Assembly (NCBI RefSeq): GCF_000143415.4
Contig: NW_003314307.1
Coordinates: 1,158,952-1,222,951 of the forward strand
DNA length: 64,000 bases
Source of the DNA: Selaginella moellendorffii
Lineage: Eukaryota > Plantae > Lycopodiophyta
Direction of reading: 5' to 3'
Of the stretch, positions 48,501 through 59,537 are shown piece by piece (positions within the stretch are counted from its first letter, which is position 1; every line of letters starts with the position of its first letter). Under the pieces are notes generated by a model. It was not told the DNA's origin. It ran no database searches and saw only the letters and a program-made list of their open reading frames with translations. Position numbers and translations under genes: made by a program.

Positions 48501-50920
48501 AATCGAACGGAACAACGTGCCTCTAGTGGAGGAGGGGGAGGCCTCGGAGAGTGATAAGGAGAGTTCCGAAACAGGTACGATCATGACATATGGCCTCATG
48601 CACTTATCTAAGTTTGTATTTCAAGGGAACGAGTTGAACCAATGGAAAACTTTATGAAAGGTAACTTAAAAATATTATGGGATGTTGCATGTGTTGATGC
48701 AATAATATACAGTTCAAGTGCCAAGGAGACGTCGTGAACCTCGAATTAGGCTACCTGCAAAATAGCTTTCAGATGCTGTAGACAAAGAGATGGACAACCG
48801 ACCAGGGCAGAGGAGGAAGGGTAAAAGCATTTGTGTGCTTATCGCGTATGTCCTCATGCTATTTCTGTAGAACGGGCGTATAAGAAACGAAAGCGAAAGG
48901 GAATTGAGGAGCAGGCACCTGAGGATGCGGAAGGCACGACAGAGCCTCCAAGGACGGGAAGTAAAGTGTCATGGTTATTGCGTGGGTCCTCATGCCATTT
49001 CTTGCAGATCAAGCTCAAACTGACAGTGGTCATAAAAAGAGAAAGCACGTTGGACAGTCGTCGGGATCAGAGGCGTTTGATTCGAAAAGGAAGAAGGGCA
49101 ACGAAAAGATGATAGGTAATGCCTCGCGGTTATGGCGTGTGTGCTCATGCCATCCATTGCAGATCAAGGGCTGAGTGAAAGCAGCCAGTCACCACCTCCT
49201 GACTCAGATTCCTATGGCGGACTCCCCTTCCCCAATCTCAATGGAGAGGTACAATGGATGAGGGATGCTTTTCAAGTCAGGGCCACATTGCCAAGCAAGG
49301 GTCGAAACGTATGTCCAATCCTTCAGAATCAGCAGTGCGCCCAAGTGATATCGGTCCTAGTTCCTCAATAGCAGTTGATGGTAAATACAGTATAGTCGAT
49401 TCAATGTGCTAATGAGTTTGTTTTTAGTAGCACGGGAGGATACCATCTCAATCGAAGGGAGATATTTGGACATGCATATGGATCCGCCAGTGGACTCTAC
49501 TTGCCTGCAAGAGTCATCAGAGCTGGTGGAGGCTACTATCCATATCAACGCCAAGCAAGCTGACCACGCTCCACTTGATGCTGCCCATACCACTGAGTCA
49601 ATCTTGTCCACGTATCCAACTGACGGTGACCAGGCGCCATTGGACCTGCATGAGGCCGCCCCAGCCGCCGAGCCGGTCGTATCCTCATTTCCAATAGACT
49701 CAACGTGTGCCCAATCGTCTGACTACACGCCGTTGGAACCTCCCTACACCGCCCCTGCTGCCTGTTCGGTCATGTCCACTTTGCCAACGGAGGCACCAGC
49801 TGAAATGGCGTGTGATCACACGCCATCGGAACCACCCCATGCCATTGTTGAGCCAGTTGTACCAGAGTCTACAGCTGAAATGGCATGTGCCCACACGCCA
49901 TCGGGTGCGATTGACCACATTGCAGAGGAGAGTATTTCCGCCCTTTACGTTTCCTTGACCAAAAACCCTCTCAACGACCATCAGGAGCACCATTCGCTAA
50001 TATTGTAGATGGTAAAATTGACTTGTACCATTTTTTATGCTGACGCATTTCATTTCAGAGTCACGGCAAAGGTACTGTATCGTTTTTGATCTGAACGGTG
50101 TCCTTTTCTCCCATGAGCGTGGCTCGTCCTCGAATGTCACTGCACCCTCCAAAGCCTGCGGTCGCAAGTTGGTCAAAAGAGACAGATTCACATTAATCAC
50201 ACGGGAGAAACTGCGGGATCTAATAATGACCATGCGACACTTAAAACAGAGGGCCAGGTTCAATTTGCAATTAGGAGTTTGGACATCCATGATGTGCCAC
50301 AATGCATTAACGTTGCTACAGATGATGCACGATCAGACACGAGTAATATTACCATTTGACTTTCTCCTAATGCAGGAGGATTGCTTGACTATGGTCCATG
50401 TGAGGGGTAGCAAGCCCATCTTCGTCAAGCCAGAGGCTGTAGTGATGAACCGGACTGCTAGGTCAAGTGAAATACTCATCATCGATGACTCGCCGATTAA
50501 AATTGCAGCGAACACGCACACATATGCAGTGCACCCCATCTCTTGCAATATGGAAACTAGGGAGAAGAACCGTATGTTCTGGGGGACCTTGCAAAATGGC
50601 TTGGAGCAATGGTGATAGAGAACCGGCCAGTCCAGGAGGTGGCTGCAGAAATCAACCAAATGGCAGATGGAATGGTATATCAGAAGCCATTTGATCGGAC
50701 AGACACCAGTCATCATTTATGGCATGTATATTGTCTAGCCAAACACTATCTACATCTCCATAATCTGCTCAACCGGATGGGTTCTTCGACCACTGAACAT
50801 GAGCGTGGACATATTAGAGAAGAGATGGCATTACTATTGGGTTTAAATCCTGATAGTGTGGAGAGTGATGAAATTCCAAGATTATTGTATAGGCGTTGGA
50901 GGCAAAAAATAACAGTCTGA
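45505..50920 (+). pseudogene. Transposon cargo gene: ParB-like region, degenerate DNA methyltransferase-like region, basic disordered micro-exons, repeats and a C-terminal FCP1/HAD phosphatase-like domain; mildly disrupted; start not resolved
   Basis: Long frame 45740-47963 with one TAG (46310-46312) and an in-frame 54-nt intron (46586-46639). A series of mostly phase-1 GT-AG micro-exons spans 48014-49380, and the last exon starts at ~50059. Frameshifts lie near 45780, 48640, 49250 and 50608. Confidence 0.7.
50059..50615 (+). CDS. FCP1-homology (NIF/HAD-superfamily) phosphatase-like domain, part of the cargo gene
   Basis: CIVFDLNGVLF (motif I, DLNG type), LGVWTSM (motif II), KPIFVK (motif III) and ILIIDDSPIK (motif IV). 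Confidence 0.8.
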
Positions 50921-51362
50921 GATGGCATGTATTTATTTAAAAATGTAACTTATTATGGCATGGGGTTCCATGCCATTGTATTAATATTAAAAGACAATTC
51001 TTTGAGAAGATTTGCATTATACTAGAAGTGTTACAGCATGTTATTGGAAGTCTACAAAGTTGTTTTATTAATAAGGGGAAAGTAAAGATTGAATAGGGAC
51101 TTGGGCTCCACCTAGACTCGGAGCAACTGAGCCAATATTAAAAGGATGGAAAAAAATTGGACGATGATGACAAGGAGAAGAGAGAGGTGAAGTAGTGGCA
51201 GGGGGAGGAGAAGTGATTGAGTAGACATTTCCTTGTTTAAAATAAAATGGCATGTGCCTCAATGCAGTTGAATTTTGTTATATTTATATACTATATAAAG
51301 GTTTGGAAACCTTATTTTACAAGTGGGATAATGACAATTCCCACTTTAACAAAATAGAGCTT

Positions 51363-51905
51363 AGTCCAAGATGGAGTCCGAGATAGACCCGAGATGGAGT
51401 CCAAGATGGAGTTCGAGATGGACCCGAGATGGAGTCTGAAATAAAGTCCAAAATAGAGTTCAAGATGGAGTTCAAGATGGAACCAAGACCAAGACCAAGA
51501 CTGAGACCAAGACTGAGACTGAGACCAAGTCCGAGTCCGAGTCCGAGTTTGAGTCCAATACTAATACAGGCTGTTGGGTGAAAGCCCAAAGCTATCATCC
51601 GCGGGGGAGAGGGGGAGGTGGCCGGGGGTGGGGGACCTGTAGGGGGTTCCAAAAGTATAGTAGGGAGAGTGTTAGGGTTGGACTCCAGTGGAGCCAGTTT
51701 GGCCCAGGAAGGCTACACCCAACTATTAAGAAATAAGATAACAATTGGGAAGTCGAAGGTTAAAGTGAATATAGACCAACAAGTGGGGTAGCTTGGTGAA
51801 GTGTTCAAAAGTTGGCTTTAGTTCCCTCAGAAGATTGAATGGTCAATACTCTCAATCCAAGCATGAGTAACACTACTTACTTGGATATCTAGCGTGACTC
51901 AACGA
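51363..51905 (+). repeat. Right part of copy 2 of the ~0.9-kb repeat (minisatellite 51363-51558)
   Basis: The GAGTCCAAGATG array is followed by sequence homologous to ~37115-37455. Confidence 0.8.
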
Positions 51906-51924
51906 AATATGAAGATTTTTTATC

Positions 51925-53360
51925 TTAAGAAGCCTTTTGTGGTTGAGACAAATGTAAATGACATTGCAATTAAAACTATATTGCTTCAAGTTGGACATCC
52001 TCTCGCATAGAAGAGTCACAAGTCTGATGCCACACAATGGAATTGGGTTATTTGAGATAAGGAGTTGTATGTCATGATTGTTATTGTGAAGGAATGGTGA
52101 CATTATTTATATAGATTAGACTTCCATATGTATTCAAACCATTATTCTTTCCAGTATTTCAATTGTCAAAAGGATCTTTGAGGCTGCTTTGCTTGTTGGT
52201 AAAAGTTCTTGCAAAAAAAGTTTTTTAAAATTTGATATAAACATGAACGTGACAATAAAGTGGCTGATACATTATCCAAAATGGTGAATTTTATCTCATT
52301 TATAAAAGTATCCAATGATCTCTTGGATGAGCTTAAAGAGTTTCTTGACTTTGACTCCTTTATTATTAATATTTGTGCAAAGGTTTTATTAAGGAACACT
52401 TTTACAAATTTGAAGGGTTATAAGTTTGTGTCATTCAAGATACAAGATGGAATCCTAGTAAAAAAGGGATGTATCATAGTTCCTTATGTTGACAAACTCA
52501 TTAAATAGATCTTAGTTGAGTGTTTGATGTGCCAAGTAATGGGCATTTGGGGGTATTGAAGATGTATATGTTGGTGAAGAGGCACTTCTTTTTTTTAACC
52601 TGGGATGAAGTTAGATGTTGAGAAGTATATATATGGTTTTAACCTGCCAAGCAATCAAAATTGATCATCAAAAGTTTGTTGGCCTCTATTATCTTCTATA
52701 TGTACTTGAGAATAAGTGGGATAATATCTCGATGGACTTTATTACTAATTTACCTAAGAGATTAGAAGGAAATTATGCTATTTGGGTTGTTGTGGATCAT
52801 TTGACAAAGATAACTCACTTCTTCTCAATAAAGATGATAATAAAAGTTTTAGAACTTGTTTGAGTATTTATAAACTAATTATTCAATCTCTAAGGTTTAG
52901 AGGTGGTATTGTGAGTGATCATAATCCCACATCCATGTTTTGGTAAATAGTCTTTGAGAAGCTAGAGAATAAATGGAGCATGAGTAGTGGTGAGCATCCA
53001 CAATTAGATGGGCAAATAGAGTGCATAAATTAGCTGTTAAAAGATAGAGGTCTTTTATGGGAAACTTCACTTGACAAGGAGTATGGGAAAAGTACTTACC
53101 TTTACTCCAATTTGCTCATAATCATGCTTATTAATAATTATTGATATGTTTCTATTCATAGCAATGTATGGGTCTCTTGTGAGTGTGAGTTTGGCTTTAG
53201 TTCAAATGCCTTATATTTATGATTTCTTAAAGGATATATAAGATAAACTTAAGTTGGCAAAGTTGAATATGAGAGAAGCTAAAAAATGAGACAAGAGATT
53301 GGTTGATGATGATGATCATCATCAAAAGTATAAAGTTAGTGACAATTTTTTCCTTAAGCT
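51925..53360 (+). mobile_element. Highly decayed Gypsy pol fragment (RNase H to integrase)
   Basis: PFVVETN, NKVADTLS, KWDNISMDFITNLP, WVVVDHLTK and HPQLDGQIE appear in shifting frames. Confidence 0.85.
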
Positions 53361-56300
53361 ATCAAATGCATAATAGTCTCTGAAAGAATGTGGCAATGCT
53401 AATGTAAAGAACCAAAAAGAACAACTCCTATAAGAGTTCAAATATAAAGGGATATGAGTGTATTGATGAAGTAATGGTGAAGAGGAAGGGGATCACTCTA
53501 AAAATGGTGGGGTTGACCATTCCAAAATGTGTGTGAATGAAAACAATTTAGGTGTTAACAAAGAAGACATAACTAGAACAAAGAAACACGATGAAAAGCT
53601 ATTATATTACATTGAAAAATAAACTTAAATCCACCAATGAGGATTTGGTGAAATTTAAGCAGTGATATTCATAGCCTAAACCTATGTGTGTAACATCCAA
53701 AAAGCTAGCTATCAATAAAAGATGTTCTTATGCATGAAGCATAAGTAAGATGGTTAAATTTTGACTTAATTTAATATTTAATGATTATACAAGATGAATA
53801 TGCTTTTTATGAAAACAATAATTATTATTTTAATGTTAATAATTTCTAGAATTTATTGTTGCATATTCCAAATAAATATATATAAAAATAGAATATCCAA
53901 ATCATAGAGGTGTATTTGATAATGTTAGATAATAAATGTATATTTGATGATGTGTCTACCCAGCTGGCAAAAAAACTTTAAAAAAGAAATCCTCTAACTC
54001 ACTTAGTGAGTATAAACAAATGTGGCAATATTGCCTTTATAGTACCCTTAGTACTCTTGTAGAGCAATAATTTTATAGCTGTGCAATCTTTATATACTTT
54101 ACTTATAAATTATGTTAGAAGGTTAATGGATTGGAACTAGTTCTAACTTGTTCTGACACTATTACCCAACTTTAATCTTGCAAGCTCTCTAGGATTATAA
54201 GATTGTAGCTATTACATTTATTTTTCCTTTTTAATCTCTATTACATTTTCTTCTTTGCCATGCATGCTATTATAGATCAAGAAGTATATCATTTGAAGCT
54301 ACTGATGCTATTTGGTTGGATCAAGTTTTTGGTGTTATGAAGTATGATTATATTGGTGTTTCACCCATCTTTAGTGTGTTGTCATTGCTAACTTCTATAG
54401 AACATGATTACATAGTGTCTTTTATTTATGGTGTACTACTATATAATCATGGAGTGTGATTATGACATTGATTAAAGAGTTATAAATGATGTAGTCTGAT
54501 TCTTGGAGGGTATTTGAGGATCAAGTTTATGAAAAGATGATGTATATAAGCTTGAGTAAATTTTAGATTGTGATGAGGAGTTTAATTATTATAGAGATAA
54601 ATTTGGAGATGAGTTCAAGATTTCAAGGGGTAGATATTAATCTTTTAATTTTCCATTTGGTCCTTTTTTTTTCCCTTTTGGTCTTTGCTAACATCTTTTT
54701 ATTACTTGGTCTAAGCCACCTTTTTATATTTTTAATGTTTCTTCTTCATTTGAAATATTTCCCTTTCTTGGTATATCAATCAGTTGTGACTTTTATAATT
54801 TTTATTCTCAATTCGGTGTTAAGTTGAGTGTTTTTTGTCCTCCTCATATTAATCTAAATTTTGAGCATGTATGTGAAGCATAGAATCTTACTTTTGCTTT
54901 GTTAGTGAAGTTTTGATCAATTCTAGTGTAAAGTATTCCTCTATTCTAGAGGTTAAATCACTTTTGCAAGAGTGTTGGATTAAATGTATTTCCTCAATTA
55001 TGAGTGTTGTAGAGAATTTTTATTTTATCTTTGTTACTAAGGATTTCTTTTTTTCACTTGAAAGTGTGGAGTTTTTCTTTAATTTTCCCATCTCAAATGT
55101 AAATTGTATGTTGAGGACGTTGGCTCTTGCATATCTTATTTACTTCTTTCTATTACCCTATTTTTCACTTAAATAACTATTAAAAATTCCTTTTTTGATA
55201 CTTCTTTATCCATTTTTCCTTCCTCCACAAAGTTTCTTCCTTAATTTTTCTTGCTTTCTCATCTTTGCTCTAATGCTTTAAACTTTTGGAGTAGAGGGAA
55301 TAAATAGGAGCTTAGCCATGATGATGGAGTGAGGATGAACAAATATAATAGTGAAGTAAAAACAAACAATATAAATTGTGAAATAAGAATGAGCATAGTG
55401 AATATAAATAGAGCATCCAAAGGCCAAACAGATACGATAGTGGTGAGGCCAAACATAGATGGTGGAGTGAAAACAAGTGCAATAAATATGAATAAAATCA
55501 ATACTTTAGAACAAATTTTCCTTTAAGGAAGGGATAAAAAGGATATAAAAAATGAATAGAGTAAGTCTAATCATCTATGTGTGATGCTAAATGAGAATGA
55601 AGTTTGTGAGTTTGAGTTAATACAAGTTTCAAAAGTTGACCAAAGGGAAGACAGAAACATAAATTTTATTGATAGTCATGAGTCTGAGTTAACAATGGTC
55701 TCAAAGAATGGCCAGTTGTTAGACTTAAAGATGGGATTGCTACAATATTGCTTTGTTTCTCAAAGTCTCTTGGTTCAAAGGTATAGCTATGAGGTTAGTT
55801 CAATTATTTTGAAGTTACAACTGGTTTATTGAGATTTTATACTCAATTAATACTTGTACCAAAACTTTAGGTTTTTTTTTGCCATAGATTATGTTAGTGG
55901 TTCCATAGGATCTCATATTCTTATAGTAATCTATAATCACCTAACAGAAAAGAAGCTTTAAATGTTTTATATCTGACTTATAGTCCCATATATTCTTGTA
56001 TATAAGTAGGGGTATAAACCATAATTATTGTATACTTATTCCCATTTAACAAGAACTTACAATCATAACTATAATATTAAAAAAGGATATTCTTTAAAAT
56101 TTAAAATTTAAAAATAATTTATAGCATTGTTCAACAGTATTTGGTTTTTTTTGGAAAATCTTAGAAAACTAAATATTAAAATATTTTAAATATTATTATT
56201 TAAGATTTATGTTGTACAAATAATAATTCCATACAGGTAAATATGTGATAATTGATATTTTATTTTATGGTTAAAAATATTATAAACAGAATAAGAATGT

Positions 56301-57436
56301 TAAGAAAGAAACATTTAATAATTTTATTTAGACTAAAGTTGTTTCTTGTGAATAAATATATAATAGATTAAATTTAACTTAAGTTTAAATATAATAATAA
56401 AAGCTCTCTAAGGCAAAAACTTTAATTTTCATTAATTAATAGTCCTACTAATTCCTATAATATAATTTCCTTTTTATAATGAATTTTTTATCAATTAATC
56501 CAAAATTATCTTTGTGAGTTCTCAACTCTACAATATATCCTAATTATGATGCTTATGTGGAGAATCTTTGCTGAATATTATCTTGCTCAACATATTCTAT
56601 GCTACTTGCTGGTGGTAAGAAATACTGTAATGTTCACCTGATTCTTTGCCAAAGTCTAAATGTAAGTTGTGATTTTATTATTATATCTCTTGATCCATTC
56701 TCATTGTCTATAAAGACTCCTCGGTTTGGAGAGGTCCAATATAGTCCAATAGAACTATATTGAAGAGTGTAATTGCAGAAGGATGATATGCAAAACTGTT
56801 TCAATGTGTCAGAGGCCTTTAGAGATCTATCTAAGATGTAGTGAGGACGAATTTTGTAAACCACATTCACACCTTAATCCTCCCCAGAAATTTACTTATT
56901 TAAAAACAAATCTTGATTACTAATGAATTAAATCAAAGTTTAAGAGTACTATTAGATGAAAGAAAATCCTAGAATATTCCTGGATAGGCAGTGGTTTGAA
57001 AAAGAAGACGAAAAACATAACACCTAAAGAAACATCCTACTAGAAGAGCTAGTTATTCTGGCATCAATAAATTTATAGACAAGGATTGTGTAATAGTTGT
57101 AAGAATTTTTTTAAAAATTAAAATAAATTTAGAATAGTATAATAATATAGTAAATTTTTCTATGTTATATATATTATAAAAAATAAAAACAAATAAAATT
57201 ATTTTATCAATATTTAAAAGTATAAAAATTTGTAAAAATTCCCTAAATTTATATTTAATTTGACTATATTTTTATATATCAAGTGAGGCAATAGGAATGG
57301 TCATCACATTATAAAATGAACTAAGACCTTTACATATCTAGCACATCTAGAATCATTTAACCTGAAGGAAAATTTTCATTTATATGTTATTATTGTACTT
57401 ATAATAACAAATAGATAGTTTCAGTATATTACTAAC

Positions 57437-57850
57437 ATGAATTTGTGTTCTTTTTTGTTCTTAACAATTCTTCATCTTGTGATTATTATAACTAATTGTG
57501 CTAACAAAGGTGTACATGTAATCAATTCAGTAGGCTCACCAGTTCAAGTAGATTGTAGATCCAAAGAAGATCATATTGGACCCATTTTACTTCAAGATCA
57601 TCAAAGCATATTTTGGGAGTTCATTGATAACATTATTTGTACAACTATGTTTTGGTGTCATGCTATATGGAATGAAAAATTTGTAGCAGATTGGACTTCA
57701 TATGAATGTTGGTGGTCAAGGCCTACTTACCATTACATGGAAACTGAAATGTATGGTTGGGGTATTGAGGTGTATGACAGTTGTCATCCAGATGCTAATA
57801 ATTGTAAAAGGCAACTCTATAAGAAATACAATTGGCATGCTATTGCTTAA
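57437..57850 (+). CDS. S-protein homologue (SPH / plant self-incompatibility S1 family), small secreted cysteine-containing protein
   Basis: Intronless 137-aa ORF with a hydrophobic signal peptide; VHVINS...VDCRSKEDHIG...FWEFIDNIICTTMFWC matches the SPH consensus. Confidence 0.85.
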   Translation: MNLCSFLFLTILHLVIIITNCANKGVHVINSVGSPVQVDCRSKEDHIGPILLQDHQSIFWEFIDNIICTTMFWCHAIWNEKFVADWTSYECWWSRPTYHYMETEMYGWGIEVYDSCHPDANNCKRQLYKKYNWHAIA

Positions 57851-58737
57851 CTATATGATTGTAAATGAAACACTTCAAGAACCTTTATATTTTTTATTTA
57901 AAAAATATAGTTTGTACTACTGTTGTGAGCAAGAAAAAAGGAACAAGAGAAAATCTGATAGAGGGCAAAAGTGAAAGATAGAATCATTCCTGTTTATACT
58001 AGATTTTGATCTTTAATTTCTCTCTTACTTAAAATCCAAATCTATAAATATATGGTTTGATGCAGATTGATAACTGGAGAACAGTATATAAAGACTAGAT
58101 TCATTTAGAAAAAATTAAATCTTAAAAACTTATTATATTTTAAATCATGAAAAAATAATTGTTTAAATATAAAATATCTAATAATTAAAATAATATTTTA
58201 TTTTATTTTAAAAAATATTATATAGATAAGATTAATATTAAAAATAAATAAGATATATTTAACTTGTATAGTATTATATTTTCTATGCATATAAAAAAAT
58301 TATTCATGTATACTTATGATTTTATAGAATAGAGAAATATGTATATCCAATTAGCCCAAAATCCCTAACCTATATATAGGAGCATGTTGTCTGGATTGAA
58401 ACCAATCTAATAGTTATAAAAATCTCACTATGCTAATAATAGTATATAGTAATATAGCTTTACACCTAAATGACATATCATTCCCTCATCTTAAAAGGAC
58501 AAAAAATTGGTATTAGAAGCATAGGATTTTTTATCCTTTATGCTAAAGTGGTTCATATTTCTACTTTTTCTTTTTAGATACCTCACTTAAGAGTGATTAG
58601 TGGATCTAGTGAGAAGGTCTAAAAGGATTTTGCCTCAAGCCATGGTGATGGGTACAACCCATGAGAAGCCTATAGATATTGACTTTGATATGGTAGTTGA
58701 AGGGGCTAATGCAAATGCAAGATACTCAAGATACTAA

Positions 58738-59537
58738 TGTAAGCAACTAAAGACAACGAGTCGAGAGATAATCCATGGGGTTCAAATATAGAGGGAAAGG
58801 GCTCATGAACAAGAGTGCACCCCTTTTTCCAATCGATTAAGGGTCTTGGGATATTTAGGGTTAAGTGTCCTTGGGTTTAAATAGTACTGGGTTGGGAAAT
58901 CCAAACTCAGGAACTTACATTTGGTATTAGAGAGGTCTCGGGTCCGACTTTGTTGGTTAGCTAGGGGAATCACACCACATATTGATTGACATCTAATTGG
59001 TCCAATTTGCTCCTGCTGGGCTTGACTCAAGGGGTAGGGTGTCAAGAGAGTGGGGCTCTCGAGAGAGCTGTGGCTCTTAGCTTCCGTTTACGAGGGCATG
59101 AACTTGCAGGGAAGCATGGTGGATTGTAAGTAATTGTAAGTAAGAGATGGGTTTGTGATATAGGTGGTCTTGGATTACTAATGAGACGAAGGTGAATAGA
59201 CATGGCCTTAGTGTAATAAGCTGATATATTAGTGGTACTTTTGGAGTGTCAGTCATAGGATCAAACATATGGAATACGTGGACCAAGGGCAAAGGCTAAG
59301 TGGCATAGATGCTACTTATGGGGTTAGCATGTCCTCAAGTTGGTGTAAGCAACCAAAGAGAACGATTTGAGAGACAATCCATGGGATTCAAATATAGAGG
59401 GAAAGGGCCCATGAACAAAAGTGCACCCTATTTTCCAATCGGTTAAGGGTCTTGGGATATTTAGGGTTAAGCGTCCTTGGGTTTAAATAATACTGGACTG
59501 GGTGACTTTCTGGGAAGTCCAAACTCAGGAGCTTACA
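58738..59537 (+). mobile_element. TRIM-like non-autonomous LTR element, 800 bp
   Basis: LTRs 58738-58919 and 59344-59537 (TGTAA...TTACA); PBS-like TGGTATTAGAG at 58922; 5-bp TSD ACTAA at 58733-58737 and 59538-59542; non-coding interior. Confidence 0.9.

Larger units (their letters stand above)
37792..51362. mobile_element. 13.6-kb TIR DNA transposon (Sola-like DDD transposase) with a cargo gene
   Basis: Left TIR AAGCTCTATTTCATTAAAGTGGGATTT; right TIR reverse complement AAGCTCTATTTTGTTAAAGTGGGAATT (24/27 match). AGTC is duplicated at 37788-37791 and 51363-51366. Removing the element restores the host 12-bp minisatellite. Confidence 0.92.

Noticed and set aside
48100-49160. Quasi-regular palindromic repeats resembling a CRISPR array
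   Set aside because: Spacing is irregular (about 96-258 bp), the repeats are degenerate and sit inside GT-AG introns, the context is eukaryotic, and no cas genes are present.
53400-57400. Short ORFs in very AT-rich DNA (e.g. 55329-55526, 56634-56870)
   Set aside because: No recognisable motifs or coherent gene model.
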